Part shown: in pieces, positions 1 through 9,339 of the stretch
Layout: each line of letters opens with the position of its first letter
How positions within the stretch are numbered: position 1 is the stretch's first letter
NCBI GenBank assembly: GCA_963815115.1
Contig: CAWFFN010000009.1
Location: forward strand, 1,088,001 to 1,152,000
Length of the DNA: 64,000 nt
From: an uncultured delta proteobacterium
Lineage (GTDB): Bacteria; Desulfobacterota; Binatia; DP-6
Reading direction: 5' to 3'
The notes under the pieces: model-generated
Told to the model about the DNA's origin: nothing
What the model saw: only the letters and a program-made list of their open reading frames with translations
The model's database searches: none
Program-made: the position numbers and the translations under genes

Positions 1-2
1 GC

Positions 3-197
3 TATCTCGCCGCCGTGGGGCCGTTCGCCGTCGGCTCGGCGCTGGGCGCGGCGGCGACGCCGATGGACGCCATCCGCTGGGTGGCGCTGGTGCCGCTGGC
101 GGGCCTGCTGCTCGTGCCGTTCATCGTCGAGACGGCACCGCTGCGTGCCGGCGCATGGCGCGCCGGATCGGCGGCGTCGCGCGTGCGCGAATCCTGA
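3..197 (+). CDS. 3' end of a membrane transporter, probably MFS (5'-partial at window edge)
   Basis: Frame open from the window start; YLAAVGPFAVG...WVALVPLAGLLLVPFIVET resembles the last two TM helices and the PET-like end of MFS proteins. Confidence 0.5.
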   Translation, partial: YLAAVGPFAVGSALGAAATPMDAIRWVALVPLAGLLLVPFIVETAPLRAGAWRAGSAASRVRES

Positions 198-324
198 GCG
201 ATTCTCCGTTGCGGGCGGCACCCACCACTTCGCCGTCGGCACCTGCGGACCGGACATGCAGTGTCATCCCGGATGACGCCCGCCGCGTGACACCCCGCGC
301 CGCGACCGTCTAGGATGGCCGCCG

Positions 325-1545
325 ATGACGGCCGCCTCCGGTCCCCTCCTCGGTCTCCGCGTCCTCGACCTCGGCACGCGCATCGGTGCGCCCTTCGCGG
401 CGACGCTGCTGGCCGACCTCGGCGCCGACGTCATCAAGATCGAGCTGCCCGGCCAGGGCGACTTCATGCGCACGATCGGGCCGTTCGAGGACGGCTACTC
501 GCTGTTCTGGGCCGTCGAGGGACGCGGCAAACGCTCGGTGACGCTGGATCTGCGCAAACCGGCCGGGCAAGCTCTCCTGAAGCGCCTCGTCCCGCTCGCC
601 GACGTCGTCATCGAGAACTTCCAGCCCGGCACGCTCGAGTCGTGGGGGCTCGGCTACGACGTCCTCTCGGCGCTCAACCCGGGTCTGATCCTCACCCGCG
701 TCTCGGTGTACGGGCAGGACGGCCCGTACCGCGACCGCCCCGGGCTCGATCGCAACGGCATCGCCGCGGGCGGCCTCATGTACATCACCGGCTATCCCGA
801 TCGCCCGCCGGTGCGGCCGGGCGTCATCGTGTCGGACTACCTGACCGGCGTGTTCAACGCGTTCTCCATCCTGAGCGCGCTCTACGAGCGCGACCGGCGC
901 GCGCGCGAGACCGGCGAGCCGCCGCGCGGCCAGTGGGTCGACCTTTCGCTCTACGAGTCGATCCTGCGCATCATGGAGCACACGCTCGCCGCCTACGATC
1001 GGCTCGGCGTCGTCCGCGAGCGCGAGGGCAACCGGCTGCGCAACTCCGCCCCGCTCGACAACTGGGAGACCAGCGACGGCAAGTACGTCTGCATCATCGC
1101 CGCCGGTGACGGGCTCTTCCCGCGCCTCTGCCGCGCGATGGGCCGCGAGGACCTGCTCCAGGAGCCGCGCTTCCGCACCATGGCGCTGCGCGCCGAGCAC
1201 GGCGACGAGATCAACGGCATCGTCGCCGCCTGGGTGAAGGCGCGCACGGCGCGCGAGCTGCAGGACGTGCTCGAGCGCCACGAGGTACCCTTCGGCGTCG
1301 CCTACTCCGTCGCCGACATCTTCGTCGATCCGCACATCGCCGCGCGCGGCGACATCGAGACGGTGGACGATCCGGTGCTCGGTCCCGTGCGGATGCAGGG
1401 CGTCTATCCGCGCTTCTCGCGGACCCCGGGGGCGATCCGGCGCGGCGCGCCGCGGCTCGGCGAGCACAACGAGGAGGTGTACTGCGGGCTCCTCGGACTG
1501 ACCGCCGAGGAGCTCGCGGGCATGCGGCGCGACGGGGTCGTCTGA
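325..1545 (+). CDS. CaiB/BaiF family (class III) CoA transferase
   Basis: PLLGLRVLDL...GADVIKIE-P, RGKRSVTLDLR, DVVIENFQPG, YGQDGPY, APRLGEHN motifs. Confidence 0.95.
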   Translation: MTAASGPLLGLRVLDLGTRIGAPFAATLLADLGADVIKIELPGQGDFMRTIGPFEDGYSLFWAVEGRGKRSVTLDLRKPAGQALLKRLVPLADVVIENFQPGTLESWGLGYDVLSALNPGLILTRVSVYGQDGPYRDRPGLDRNGIAAGGLMYITGYPDRPPVRPGVIVSDYLTGVFNAFSILSALYERDRRARETGEPPRGQWVDLSLYESILRIMEHTLAAYDRLGVVREREGNRLRNSAPLDNWETSDGKYVCIIAAGDGLFPRLCRAMGREDLLQEPRFRTMALRAEHGDEINGIVAAWVKARTARELQDVLERHEVPFGVAYSVADIFVDPHIAARGDIETVDDPVLGPVRMQGVYPRFSRTPGAIRRGAPRLGEHNEEVYCGLLGLTAEELAGMRRDGVV

Positions 1546-1598
1546 GCGCGGCGCCGCCGGCTTGACCCCGCAGCGCGCGTCCCGTACGCGGATCCCGC

Positions 1599-2006
1599 AT
1601 GCCGCAGCTCCTGCTGTGCACCCTGTGCGACGACGTTCGCTTCGAGCTCGGCAACAAGCACACGCTCGTCGGCCTGTTCGACACCTTCAACGTCGCAGAC
1701 TTCGCGCAGCCGCTGGCGCCCTTCCGGGTCTTCGCTCGGTTCGCCCTGGACGCGCCAGGGACACACGAGATCAAGCTGCAGATCAGCAGCGCCGAGGAAG
1801 ACTTTCGGGTCGAGGTCACGGGCAGGCTGGAGGCGCGCGCGCCGAGCGAGGTGAGCGGGCGGTTCGAGAGCATCTTCGCCGCGACCCTGGCGGCGCTCCG
1901 GCTGCCCCGGCCTGGACGCTACGAGGTCCGGCTGACGGTCGGCGGCCACGACGTCGGGGGCTGCGCCTTCCTCGCGCTCGGGGTCGCCAAGCAGACGCTG
2001 CAGTGA
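1599..2006 (+). CDS. Small beta-sandwich hypothetical protein (DUF6941-like)
   Basis: LCDDVRFELGNKHTLVGLFD N-terminus and PGRYEVRL C-terminus; co-oriented between two clear genes. Confidence 0.7.
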   Translation: MPQLLLCTLCDDVRFELGNKHTLVGLFDTFNVADFAQPLAPFRVFARFALDAPGTHEIKLQISSAEEDFRVEVTGRLEARAPSEVSGRFESIFAATLAALRLPRPGRYEVRLTVGGHDVGGCAFLALGVAKQTLQ

Positions 2007-2017
2007 CGGGAGGCCAC

Positions 2018-2821
2018 ATGTCCACGGTTCGCACGGAGCGCGATGGCGCGGTCACGATCGTCACCATCGACCGGCCGGCGGTGCGGAACGCCGTCGACCG
2101 CCCGACCGCCGCGGCGCTGGCGGAGGCATTCCGGCGCTTCGAGGCCGACGAGGCCTCGGCCGTCGCGGTGCTCACCGGCGCTGGTGGAACGTTCTGCGCG
2201 GGCGCGGATCTGAAGGCCGTGGCGCAGGCGCGCGAGGAGCTGCGGACCGAGGCGAGCGCCCGCGCGAACCAGGTGGTGGAAGACGGCGACGGTCCGATGG
2301 GACCGACGCGCATGCTGCTCTCCAAGCCGGTGATCGCGGCCGTCGAGGGGCACGCGGTCGCGGGCGGGCTCGAGCTGGCGGTGTGGTGCGACCTGCGGGT
2401 CGCCGCGCGCGACGCGGTCTTCGGCGTCTACTGCCGGCGCTGGGGCGTGCCGCTGGTCGACGGCGGCACGATTCGCCTCGTTCGTCTCCTCGGTCACAGC
2501 CACGCCCTCGACCTGATCCTCACCGGCCGCGGGGTGTCGGGAGAGGAAGCGCAGCGCATGGGCCTCGCGAATCGCCTCGTCGAGCCGGGGAGGGCGCTGG
2601 CCGAGGCCGTGCAGCTGGCGCATGAGCTGGAGCGCTTCCCGCAAGGGTGCCTGCGGAGCGACCGGCTGTCGTCGTACGAGCAGTGGGCGCTCGACCTGCC
2701 GGCCGCGCTGCGCAACGAGACCCGGCACGGCCTCCAGGTCATGGCGTCCGGCGAGACGGGCGCCGGCGCGGCGCGCTTCGCGGCGGGTGCCGGCCGGCAC
2801 GGCCGCTTCGACGAGCTCTGA
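2018..2821 (+). CDS. Enoyl-CoA hydratase/isomerase (crotonase)
   Basis: ATG 2018 after GGGAGG; IDRPAVRNA, FCAGADLK, KPVIAAVEGHAVAGGLELA motifs. Confidence 0.95.
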   Translation: MSTVRTERDGAVTIVTIDRPAVRNAVDRPTAAALAEAFRRFEADEASAVAVLTGAGGTFCAGADLKAVAQAREELRTEASARANQVVEDGDGPMGPTRMLLSKPVIAAVEGHAVAGGLELAVWCDLRVAARDAVFGVYCRRWGVPLVDGGTIRLVRLLGHSHALDLILTGRGVSGEEAQRMGLANRLVEPGRALAEAVQLAHELERFPQGCLRSDRLSSYEQWALDLPAALRNETRHGLQVMASGETGAGAARFAAGAGRHGRFDEL

Positions 2822-2859
2822 ACGGCGCGACGACCACGAGGCGGCGCGCAGCCGCCGCC

Positions 2860-5793
2860 TCAGGGCCTGGCCAGCGTCGCGAGCAACCGCGCCGCGCGGT
2901 CCCGCGCGTCGCGGAGCTCCCCCTTGAGAGCCCCGGCGCAATCGGCCGAGAGGGCTCTCCGCCGGACGCTCGTGACGGCGTGGATCGACCCCGTCAGGGT
3001 CTGGACCGCTCTCCGGAGGCGCCGGACGACGAGCGGGCGACGAGCCGTGCCGGCGGCGGCGAAGAGGCCGCAGGCCCGCTGCCGGCGCCCACCGATCGAG
3101 GCGGGGAGCTCCTGACCCGCGCACGCTGCGGGGATGTTCCGGCCACACGTGCAGGTCACGCTGGCGAGACCCGACGCCGGCGTCGAGACGCACCCCACGC
3201 CCGCTACGCACGCGTCATCGGTGCACGGATCGCCGTCGTCGCAGGCCGACGCGTCGCAGGACGCGCCCGGCGGGGGCGGCGGTGGAGGCGGCGGCGGGAT
3301 CGAGCCGTCGATCCTGATCGGCTGGCTCCGGGCGATCGGGACCGCCAGGTGCCACTCGGGGTCCGGGCTCAGCAGCCGGAGCTCGTACCAGCCGGCCGGC
3401 AGGTCGGCCGGCACCAGGAGCGGCAGCCGGCCGGCGGCGGCATCCGGCGTCGGCCAGTAGATGAACGGGTCGTCGAACTCGGCGTCCTCGGAGCCGAGCG
3501 TGAACAGGCGGAGGTAGTCGCTCGACGTGGGCGTCGGGTTGCCGGCCCAGGTGGCGGTCAACGTCCCGCCTGCCGCGACGGCGCTCGTGTCGACGGTGAG
3601 GTTGACGGCGGGCGTCACGCCGGGGCCGCCTGCGCTGATCTTCGCGAGGAAGCCGTCGCCGCACGGGCCCCCGAAGTAGTCGCAAACGCCGCCGCCGAGC
3701 TTCGGCTGGAAGGCATCCGGAGTCGTCGGCAGGTCGAACGACAGGGTGTAGCCAGCGACGTACGCATCTCCGGCTTCATCGAGCACGATGTCCGTTCCCG
3801 TGTCGGAGCCGGTCGAGGGGCTGCCGCTGCCGGATCGACTGCCGCCGAGATACGACGAGTAGACGAGCCGGGTGGCGTCCGGATTCAGCTTGACCACGAA
3901 CGCGTCGTCGAGATCGCGTTTGCTCGACTGGAACGCGTCGAGGATCGGGAAGAGCAGCGAGATCGTCTGGCCCACGACGTACGCGTTGCCCGCGCCGTCG
4001 ACCGCGATCGCGTTGGCGGCGTCGTCGAGCTCGCCGTAGAGATACGTCGAGTAGACGAGCGCGGACCCGCTCGGAGCGATCTTCGTGACGAAGGCGTCGC
4101 TGCACCCCTCGATGCAGTGCCGCCTTCCCGCTTTCTCCTGGATCACGCCGGGCGTGGTCGGGAAGTCCGTCGAGTCCGTCTCGCCGGTCACGTACACGTC
4201 CCCCTCGGCGTCGAGCGCGATGTCGTTGATCACGGCGCTCCCCGAGCCGCCGAGGTACGTCGAGTAGAGGAGCTGCGAGCCGTCCGGGCTCAGCTTCGAA
4301 ACGAATCCGCTGAGACCGATGACGCCGCCGCCGCGCGACAGCTCGATCGGGTCGACGAGCGGGAAATCGCTCGACGCCGTGGTTCCCGCGACGTACGCGT
4401 TTCCGGCCGCGTCGATCGCGATGCTCGAGGGCGAATCGTCTCCCTGGCCGCAGAGCAGCGTCGAGTAGAGGAGCGTCCCACCGTCGACGCTCAGCTTGGC
4501 GACGAATGCGTCGCCCGCGAAGGGGTAGACGTTGGGGCAGGCCGCGGTGCGGAATGCCCCGGACGTGGTCGGGAAGTCCGACGTGATCGCGGCCCCGGTC
4601 ACGTACGCGTGTTCCTCCGCATCCACCGCGATCCCGGTTCCGTACGACGAGTCGACCAGGCTGCCGCCGAGGCGCGTCGCGTAGGCGAGACTGCCCTTCG
4701 CATCGAGCTTCGCGACCAGCGCGCCGGGGGTGGAGACGCAGGTGCCTCCGCCGTTCACCTCGCCGGTGACGTAGGCGTTCCCGGCGCCGTCGACCGCGAT
4801 GTCGCGCGCGTAGTCCTCGCACGGGCCGCCGAGATACGTCGAGTAGACGACGGCTCCCCCGGGCGAGAGCTTCGTCACGAAGAGGTCCGCGCTCCCGTCG
4901 AGCATGCGGTAGGCACCGGCCGTCGTCGGGAAGTCCATCGAGCGCGTCGTGCCGGTCAGATAGACGTTCCCGGCACCGTCGCGTGCGATGTGAACCTCGC
5001 CGGTGAGGGCCACCTGGGCCTCGTCGCCGGTGCCGCCGAGATACGTCGCATAGGTGATGACCGGGTCGATGACGAGGCGCCGTGATCGGTCGTATGCCCC
5101 GAGCCGGAGCCGGACCTGGCCCTCGGCGTCGAGCGCGTAGTCGGCGGCCACCGGCCGGCGGACGCCGCCGATCCGCTGGTACGCGACCGGCCGCGGTTGC
5201 CGGATGTCGCCGGCGGCCGTGTGCACGACGAGCGTCCCCTCGCCGTCCACCTCGACGCGCTCGGCGCCGTCTATGTGGAGACCGATCTGGCTCGGGTCGA
5301 CGCCGGGTGCGACGACGAAGTCGTACTCCAGGCTGCGGGCGCGCGAGTAGTAGACGAGGTCGATACCGGGGTAGACGTCGTCGTATCGGACGCGGCGGTA
5401 CGCCGGCGCGCTGACGGGCGAGTCGACGCGCCCATCGGGAAAGTAGCTGACGACGCCGGGAAGCGGACCGCTTCCCGCCGCCTGCGCCCCGGCGTTCGCG
5501 CCGATCCGCTCCATGCGGAGGACGGCGTGGCCGCCGCGACGGTCACCGAGCGCCAGGACGGCCTCGGTCGAAGTCAGGAACGCGGTGTAGGCTGCACCCC
5601 GCACCACGAACTGCACGTGCTCGTCGACCTGGCCGCAGTTGGCTTCGAAGCCGATCCGGCGCCCGGCGGCGGCGGGGGCCGAGGGCAGGGCCGCCCTCGG
5701 CTCCGCCGCCATCGACGCGCCGGAGAGCTGGAGCACGAGACTTGCGATGGCGGCGAGACTCGCCACGTATCGGGAACACACAGAAGTCTCCAT
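2860..5793 (-). CDS. Secreted SBBP-repeat beta-propeller protein with Ig-like domain, poly-Pro linker and Cys/basic helical C-terminal domain
   Basis: Signal-like N-terminus; FEANxGQ/VYPGIDLVYY/EYDFVVAPG domain; repeated YSTYLGG...IAVDxxGNAYVTGxTxSxDFPTT...DAFVxK units. Confidence 0.9.
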   Translation of the reverse strand: METSVCSRYVASLAAIASLVLQLSGASMAAEPRAALPSAPAAAGRRIGFEANCGQVDEHVQFVVRGAAYTAFLTSTEAVLALGDRRGGHAVLRMERIGANAGAQAAGSGPLPGVVSYFPDGRVDSPVSAPAYRRVRYDDVYPGIDLVYYSRARSLEYDFVVAPGVDPSQIGLHIDGAERVEVDGEGTLVVHTAAGDIRQPRPVAYQRIGGVRRPVAADYALDAEGQVRLRLGAYDRSRRLVIDPVITYATYLGGTGDEAQVALTGEVHIARDGAGNVYLTGTTRSMDFPTTAGAYRMLDGSADLFVTKLSPGGAVVYSTYLGGPCEDYARDIAVDGAGNAYVTGEVNGGGTCVSTPGALVAKLDAKGSLAYATRLGGSLVDSSYGTGIAVDAEEHAYVTGAAITSDFPTTSGAFRTAACPNVYPFAGDAFVAKLSVDGGTLLYSTLLCGQGDDSPSSIAIDAAGNAYVAGTTASSDFPLVDPIELSRGGGVIGLSGFVSKLSPDGSQLLYSTYLGGSGSAVINDIALDAEGDVYVTGETDSTDFPTTPGVIQEKAGRRHCIEGCSDAFVTKIAPSGSALVYSTYLYGELDDAANAIAVDGAGNAYVVGQTISLLFPILDAFQSSKRDLDDAFVVKLNPDATRLVYSSYLGGSRSGSGSPSTGSDTGTDIVLDEAGDAYVAGYTLSFDLPTTPDAFQPKLGGGVCDYFGGPCGDGFLAKISAGGPGVTPAVNLTVDTSAVAAGGTLTATWAGNPTPTSSDYLRLFTLGSEDAEFDDPFIYWPTPDAAAGRLPLLVPADLPAGWYELRLLSPDPEWHLAVPIARSQPIRIDGSIPPPPPPPPPPGASCDASACDDGDPCTDDACVAGVGCVSTPASGLASVTCTCGRNIPAACAGQELPASIGGRRQRACGLFAAAGTARRPLVVRRLRRAVQTLTGSIHAVTSVRRRALSADCAGALKGELRDARDRAARLLATLARP

Positions 5794-5816
5794 GACAGCC
5801 TCGCCGCCCCGCGTTC

Positions 5817-6827
5817 TCACTCGGGGCACTGCGAGCCCGGAGGTACGCACGGATAGCCGGCCCAGATGCCGCAGACCGTGTAGTCGACCGGGCAGCAGTA
5901 TGCGTCCAGGTTGGCGGCGCATTTCGTCCCCTCTCCACAGCCCGTCGCTTCGCGCTCCCCGACGCAGCACTTCGTCCCTTGCAGGGCGCAGTAGGTGTTG
6001 GCGCCGATCGTGCCACACGAGTGCCACTGGGGGGCGGGACAGGCGCTGCCGATGCAGAGGCCGTTCTGGCAAGTGTCGCCGCCGAGACACTCGTTGCCGC
6101 AGGACCCGCAGTTGTTCGAGTCGGTCAAGGTGTCGACGCAGGCGCCGTCGCAGACGGTGTCCTTGTCGATGTCAATCAGGACGCAGACGTTGTTCACCCG
6201 CTGGTGGCAGGCGTCGCATGGCGGCTGACACTGTCCGCCGACGCAGTCCTGGCCCGCCGGGCAGACGTTGCCGCAGGCGCCACAGTTGTTCCGGTCACCG
6301 AACCCGTCGATGCACTGCCCGTCGCAGGAGAGCTGCGACGGGTCTGAACATCCGCACCTGCCGAGGAAGCACGACTCGCCGTCGGCGCAGGGGGTCCCGC
6401 AGGCGCCGCAGTTCGCATCGTCGAAGAGCAGATCTTTGCACGTGCCCCCGCAGTCGGTTTCCTCGTTCGGGCAGGTACACGCGCGGTTCTGGCACGACTT
6501 CCCGCCGGTGCAGGCGATGCCACAGCCGCCGCAGTTGTTGTTGTCCTCCAGGAGATTGGCGCACGTCTGGCCATCGCAACAGGCCTGGTTGGAAAATTCG
6601 CAGCACTCGCTGCCGCAGGCGACGTCGCCATCCATCGTGTCGCAGCACCGACCGGCGTCGTTGCAGATTCCGGTCCCGTGGTCGCAGGACTTGCCGGCGT
6701 GGCACTTCTTCGGGGGCCGTGGGGGCCGCGGAGGCCGATGGTTCCGCGCCTCCGCCTGGGAGAGATCAAGCAGCACCCACACCGTGAACAGGATCGCGAT
6801 CAACCGAAAGACACGTCGTCGATTCAT
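5817..6827 (-). CDS. Secreted Cys-rich repeat protein (STIG1/MXAN_6577-like repeats)
   Basis: Signal peptide MNRRRVFRLIAILF...QAEA; four DxxNCGxCGxxCxxGxxCxxxxC repeats; RBS AAAGGA. Confidence 0.85.
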   Translation of the reverse strand: MNRRRVFRLIAILFTVWVLLDLSQAEARNHRPPRPPRPPKKCHAGKSCDHGTGICNDAGRCCDTMDGDVACGSECCEFSNQACCDGQTCANLLEDNNNCGGCGIACTGGKSCQNRACTCPNEETDCGGTCKDLLFDDANCGACGTPCADGESCFLGRCGCSDPSQLSCDGQCIDGFGDRNNCGACGNVCPAGQDCVGGQCQPPCDACHQRVNNVCVLIDIDKDTVCDGACVDTLTDSNNCGSCGNECLGGDTCQNGLCIGSACPAPQWHSCGTIGANTYCALQGTKCCVGEREATGCGEGTKCAANLDAYCCPVDYTVCGIWAGYPCVPPGSQCPE

Positions 6828-6954
6828 GGCTCGTTCCTTTCCGTGGTTGGTCACCGCACGGCGGGGGGCACCTGCTGTCCCACGAGGGCGGTGAGCTGCT
6901 GGAGCGCGTTCCTCCTGAAGAGGAGACGTGAAACGCGATCTTACGGTGTGAAAA
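6823..6954 (-). repeat. Copy A of a ~130-bp duplicated promoter/5' leader
   Basis: Aligns with 9073-9208 in blocks (minus strand TTTTCACAyCGTAAGATC-N4-TTCACGTCTCCTyTTCAGGAGGAAC ... CCAGCAGCTCA ... GCCCTCGTGGG ... GCAGGTGC ... CAACCACGrAAAGGArCGAGCCATGAA). Confidence 0.9.
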
Positions 6955-6980
6955 GTTCGAGGGGGGCCGGGAGCCGGCAG

Positions 6981-9077
6981 CTACAGAGCGTCGATCTCGC
7001 GGCCGGCCGCCGTCGTCAGCGCCGAGATCGCTTCCGCTGCGGACGCCGAGAGTTGTCCCTTCGTATGCGCCCGCTCGATCAGCCCCGCGACGGTGCGGAT
7101 CGCCTTTCGTACCTTCGCCACCCGTCGCGCAGGGGGTGGCGAATGCTTCGCGAGCCGGAGGACCGTCCTGCGCGCCGCCGCGGCGCCCCGCGCGATGCGG
7201 CTCAACAAGCGGCGGGCCCCCGGGCTCGTGGCCTGCTTGGGCTCGACGCCCGCCGTCACGGCCGCGAGGTAGCACGCGGCGCGAACCACTCCCGGCGCTT
7301 CCCCGGCACACGGGAGCTCCGGCCCCAGCTCAGTGCCCGTCCCTCCGTCGGCTCGCTGCTGCCAGTCGACGGACACGCTCGCACCATCGTTGGTGACACG
7401 ACCCGTGGCGCCCGTGGTGACGTCGAGCCACCAGACGTTCGCGGTGTCCGCGCTCTCGTACAGCGTGTACAGGACGTAGCGACCATCCGGCGACCAGGTG
7501 AAGTCGTCGATGGCGCCGCTGATCCCGCCATGATCGGCGATCAGCAGCACGCGGGGATTCTGCAGATCGTCGTGGTCGTGCAGCATCACGGCTTCGTTCC
7601 GAATGGCAAAGCCGTTGGCGTCGAAGCGGGAGCCGGCCATCTGGCGGACGGTGACGAAGTGGCGCCCGTCGGGGGCCCAGGTCGGAAGCCGGTCGCCGTC
7701 GATGAGCAGGTCGAGGGGCGCGGGAAGAATGAGCGCCTGCGTCGGCGGCGTGACCGACGGGTCGCCCTCCCACACGCCGCGGAGCTCGTAGGTCGGATAG
7801 CGTGCCGGGCCGTTGAACAGCACACGGCCGGTGGAGCTCCAGTCGGGGCGGAACCAGCCGTCGAGATCGTTGCGAATCACCGCGCCGCTGGTCGCGTCGA
7901 CGAGGTCGACGCTGCAGCTGTCGTCTCCGGTCTCCCCCCAGTGGAAGCGGTTGTGGACGCAGATCGTCACGGCGAGGGCTCCTCCGTCCGGGGACCACTC
8001 GACGCCCTTGATGATCTGATCGAGCGCCGCCCGCGGCGTGTCGACGCACTGGGGTGGCAGACAGAAAGGCGGTGAGCCGCTCGTCCCTTCGAGACCCTGT
8101 GTGGCGAAGACTTCGCGACGGCCGGTGCCGTCGGGCCGGAGCACGCTGAGCCGCGTGATGCGCGCCTTCAGCGTCGCCGGAACGCTGGCATCGTGGGGGG
8201 CGACGTCGTCGTCGAGGACGGCGATCGCCTGGCCGTCGGGCGACCAGCGGGGAAGGCGCGGCTCGTGGTAGAGCCCGGTGTCGATGGCCAGCGGGCTGGA
8301 GCCGTCGGTGTCGAGCCGAACGACCGTCAGCCCATCCTGGTTCGCCGGGTTGCGCTGGAGGAGGACCAGCGGACGCGAGCCGTCGCGGGCAAGGGCTGCT
8401 GGCAGCGGCGCCGCCTGGGTGTGCACGTCGGCGGCCACCAGGCTCACGTCGTCGAGGAAGTAGCTGACGTCGGACTCGCCCGTGTACTGCACCGCGAAGC
8501 GGAGGTACGCGTTCTGCCCGCGCATCGCGGCCAGGTCGTCGGACCGCAGATGGCCGCGAAACGGCATCCAGCCCCGCAACACGTTGTGCGAGACGACGTC
8601 GAAGAGCGCCATCCCGAACGACGGGTCGGTCGAGAGCGAGACGCTGAGATCGGCCACCGAGTTGCCGTTGGGATCCAGGTCCGGCCCGAGCCGGGAGAAC
8701 CAGAACGACAGCGTGAGGTCGGCTGCGTCCGCCGGGATGGCGACCGCCTGTACGAGCACGAACTGGGAGGCCGGCAAGGGTCCACAGCTTCCGTCGGAGA
8801 GGCCGCCGACCCGTGCGCCATACCGACCGGTGCGAACCATCGCCCCGGTCGTGCCCGCGTCCTGCCGGCCGACGAGGCTCACCCCACCACACCCGCTCCA
8901 GGGAGCATCGCCGTCCTCGAAGCCGCCGTTCTGCAGCAGCTCCTGGGCAAGCGCCTCTCGGGGGGCGAACGGGCCCGGGCACAGGGAAACGCAGAGGAGC
9001 AGACCGAGAATCCCGAGTACGACGTCCGTGACCGCAGTCGGTCGTTCGCTCAGCTGGCCGCCAGGACGGCGTTTCAT
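6981..9077 (-). CDS. Secreted protein: CBM-like jelly-roll domain + TolB/PD40 beta-propeller + basic helical C-terminal domain
   Basis: Hydrophobic signal then ELLQNGGFEDG...YFLDDVSL; repeated PxWSPDG motifs; RBS AAAGGAG. Confidence 0.85.
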   Translation of the reverse strand: MKRRPGGQLSERPTAVTDVVLGILGLLLCVSLCPGPFAPREALAQELLQNGGFEDGDAPWSGCGGVSLVGRQDAGTTGAMVRTGRYGARVGGLSDGSCGPLPASQFVLVQAVAIPADAADLTLSFWFSRLGPDLDPNGNSVADLSVSLSTDPSFGMALFDVVSHNVLRGWMPFRGHLRSDDLAAMRGQNAYLRFAVQYTGESDVSYFLDDVSLVAADVHTQAAPLPAALARDGSRPLVLLQRNPANQDGLTVVRLDTDGSSPLAIDTGLYHEPRLPRWSPDGQAIAVLDDDVAPHDASVPATLKARITRLSVLRPDGTGRREVFATQGLEGTSGSPPFCLPPQCVDTPRAALDQIIKGVEWSPDGGALAVTICVHNRFHWGETGDDSCSVDLVDATSGAVIRNDLDGWFRPDWSSTGRVLFNGPARYPTYELRGVWEGDPSVTPPTQALILPAPLDLLIDGDRLPTWAPDGRHFVTVRQMAGSRFDANGFAIRNEAVMLHDHDDLQNPRVLLIADHGGISGAIDDFTWSPDGRYVLYTLYESADTANVWWLDVTTGATGRVTNDGASVSVDWQQRADGGTGTELGPELPCAGEAPGVVRAACYLAAVTAGVEPKQATSPGARRLLSRIARGAAAARRTVLRLAKHSPPPARRVAKVRKAIRTVAGLIERAHTKGQLSASAAEAISALTTAAGREIDAL

Positions 9078-9208
9078 GGCTCGCTCCTTTTCGTGGTTGT
9101 CGCGCGAAGTAGGGCAGCACCTGCCGCCCACGAGGGCATGAGCTGCTGGGGCATGGAGATGGTTCCTCCTGAAAAGGAGACGTGAAGGGGGATCTTACGA
9201 TGTGAAAA
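9073..9208 (-). repeat. Copy B of the duplicated promoter/5' leader
   Basis: See 6823-6954; identical position relative to the ATG of an unrelated secreted-protein gene. Confidence 0.9.
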
Positions 9209-9339
9209 AGCCGTGGAGGCGCCGCGAAAACTGCTTGCGCGGCCGGGGGCAGTCACGGTACCAGCACCGCGAAGCGGGGGATGAAGAATTACCCGATCGC
9301 GCGCTCTGCCGACCGGGATCGGCGGGCATCTCGTCGAGC

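Noticed and set aside
9074-9154. 26-codon leader ORF (MPQQLMPSW...) after AGGAGG in repeat copy B, overlapping the downstream ATG
   Set aside because: Copy A lacks the start codon and frame, so the conservation is not at peptide level
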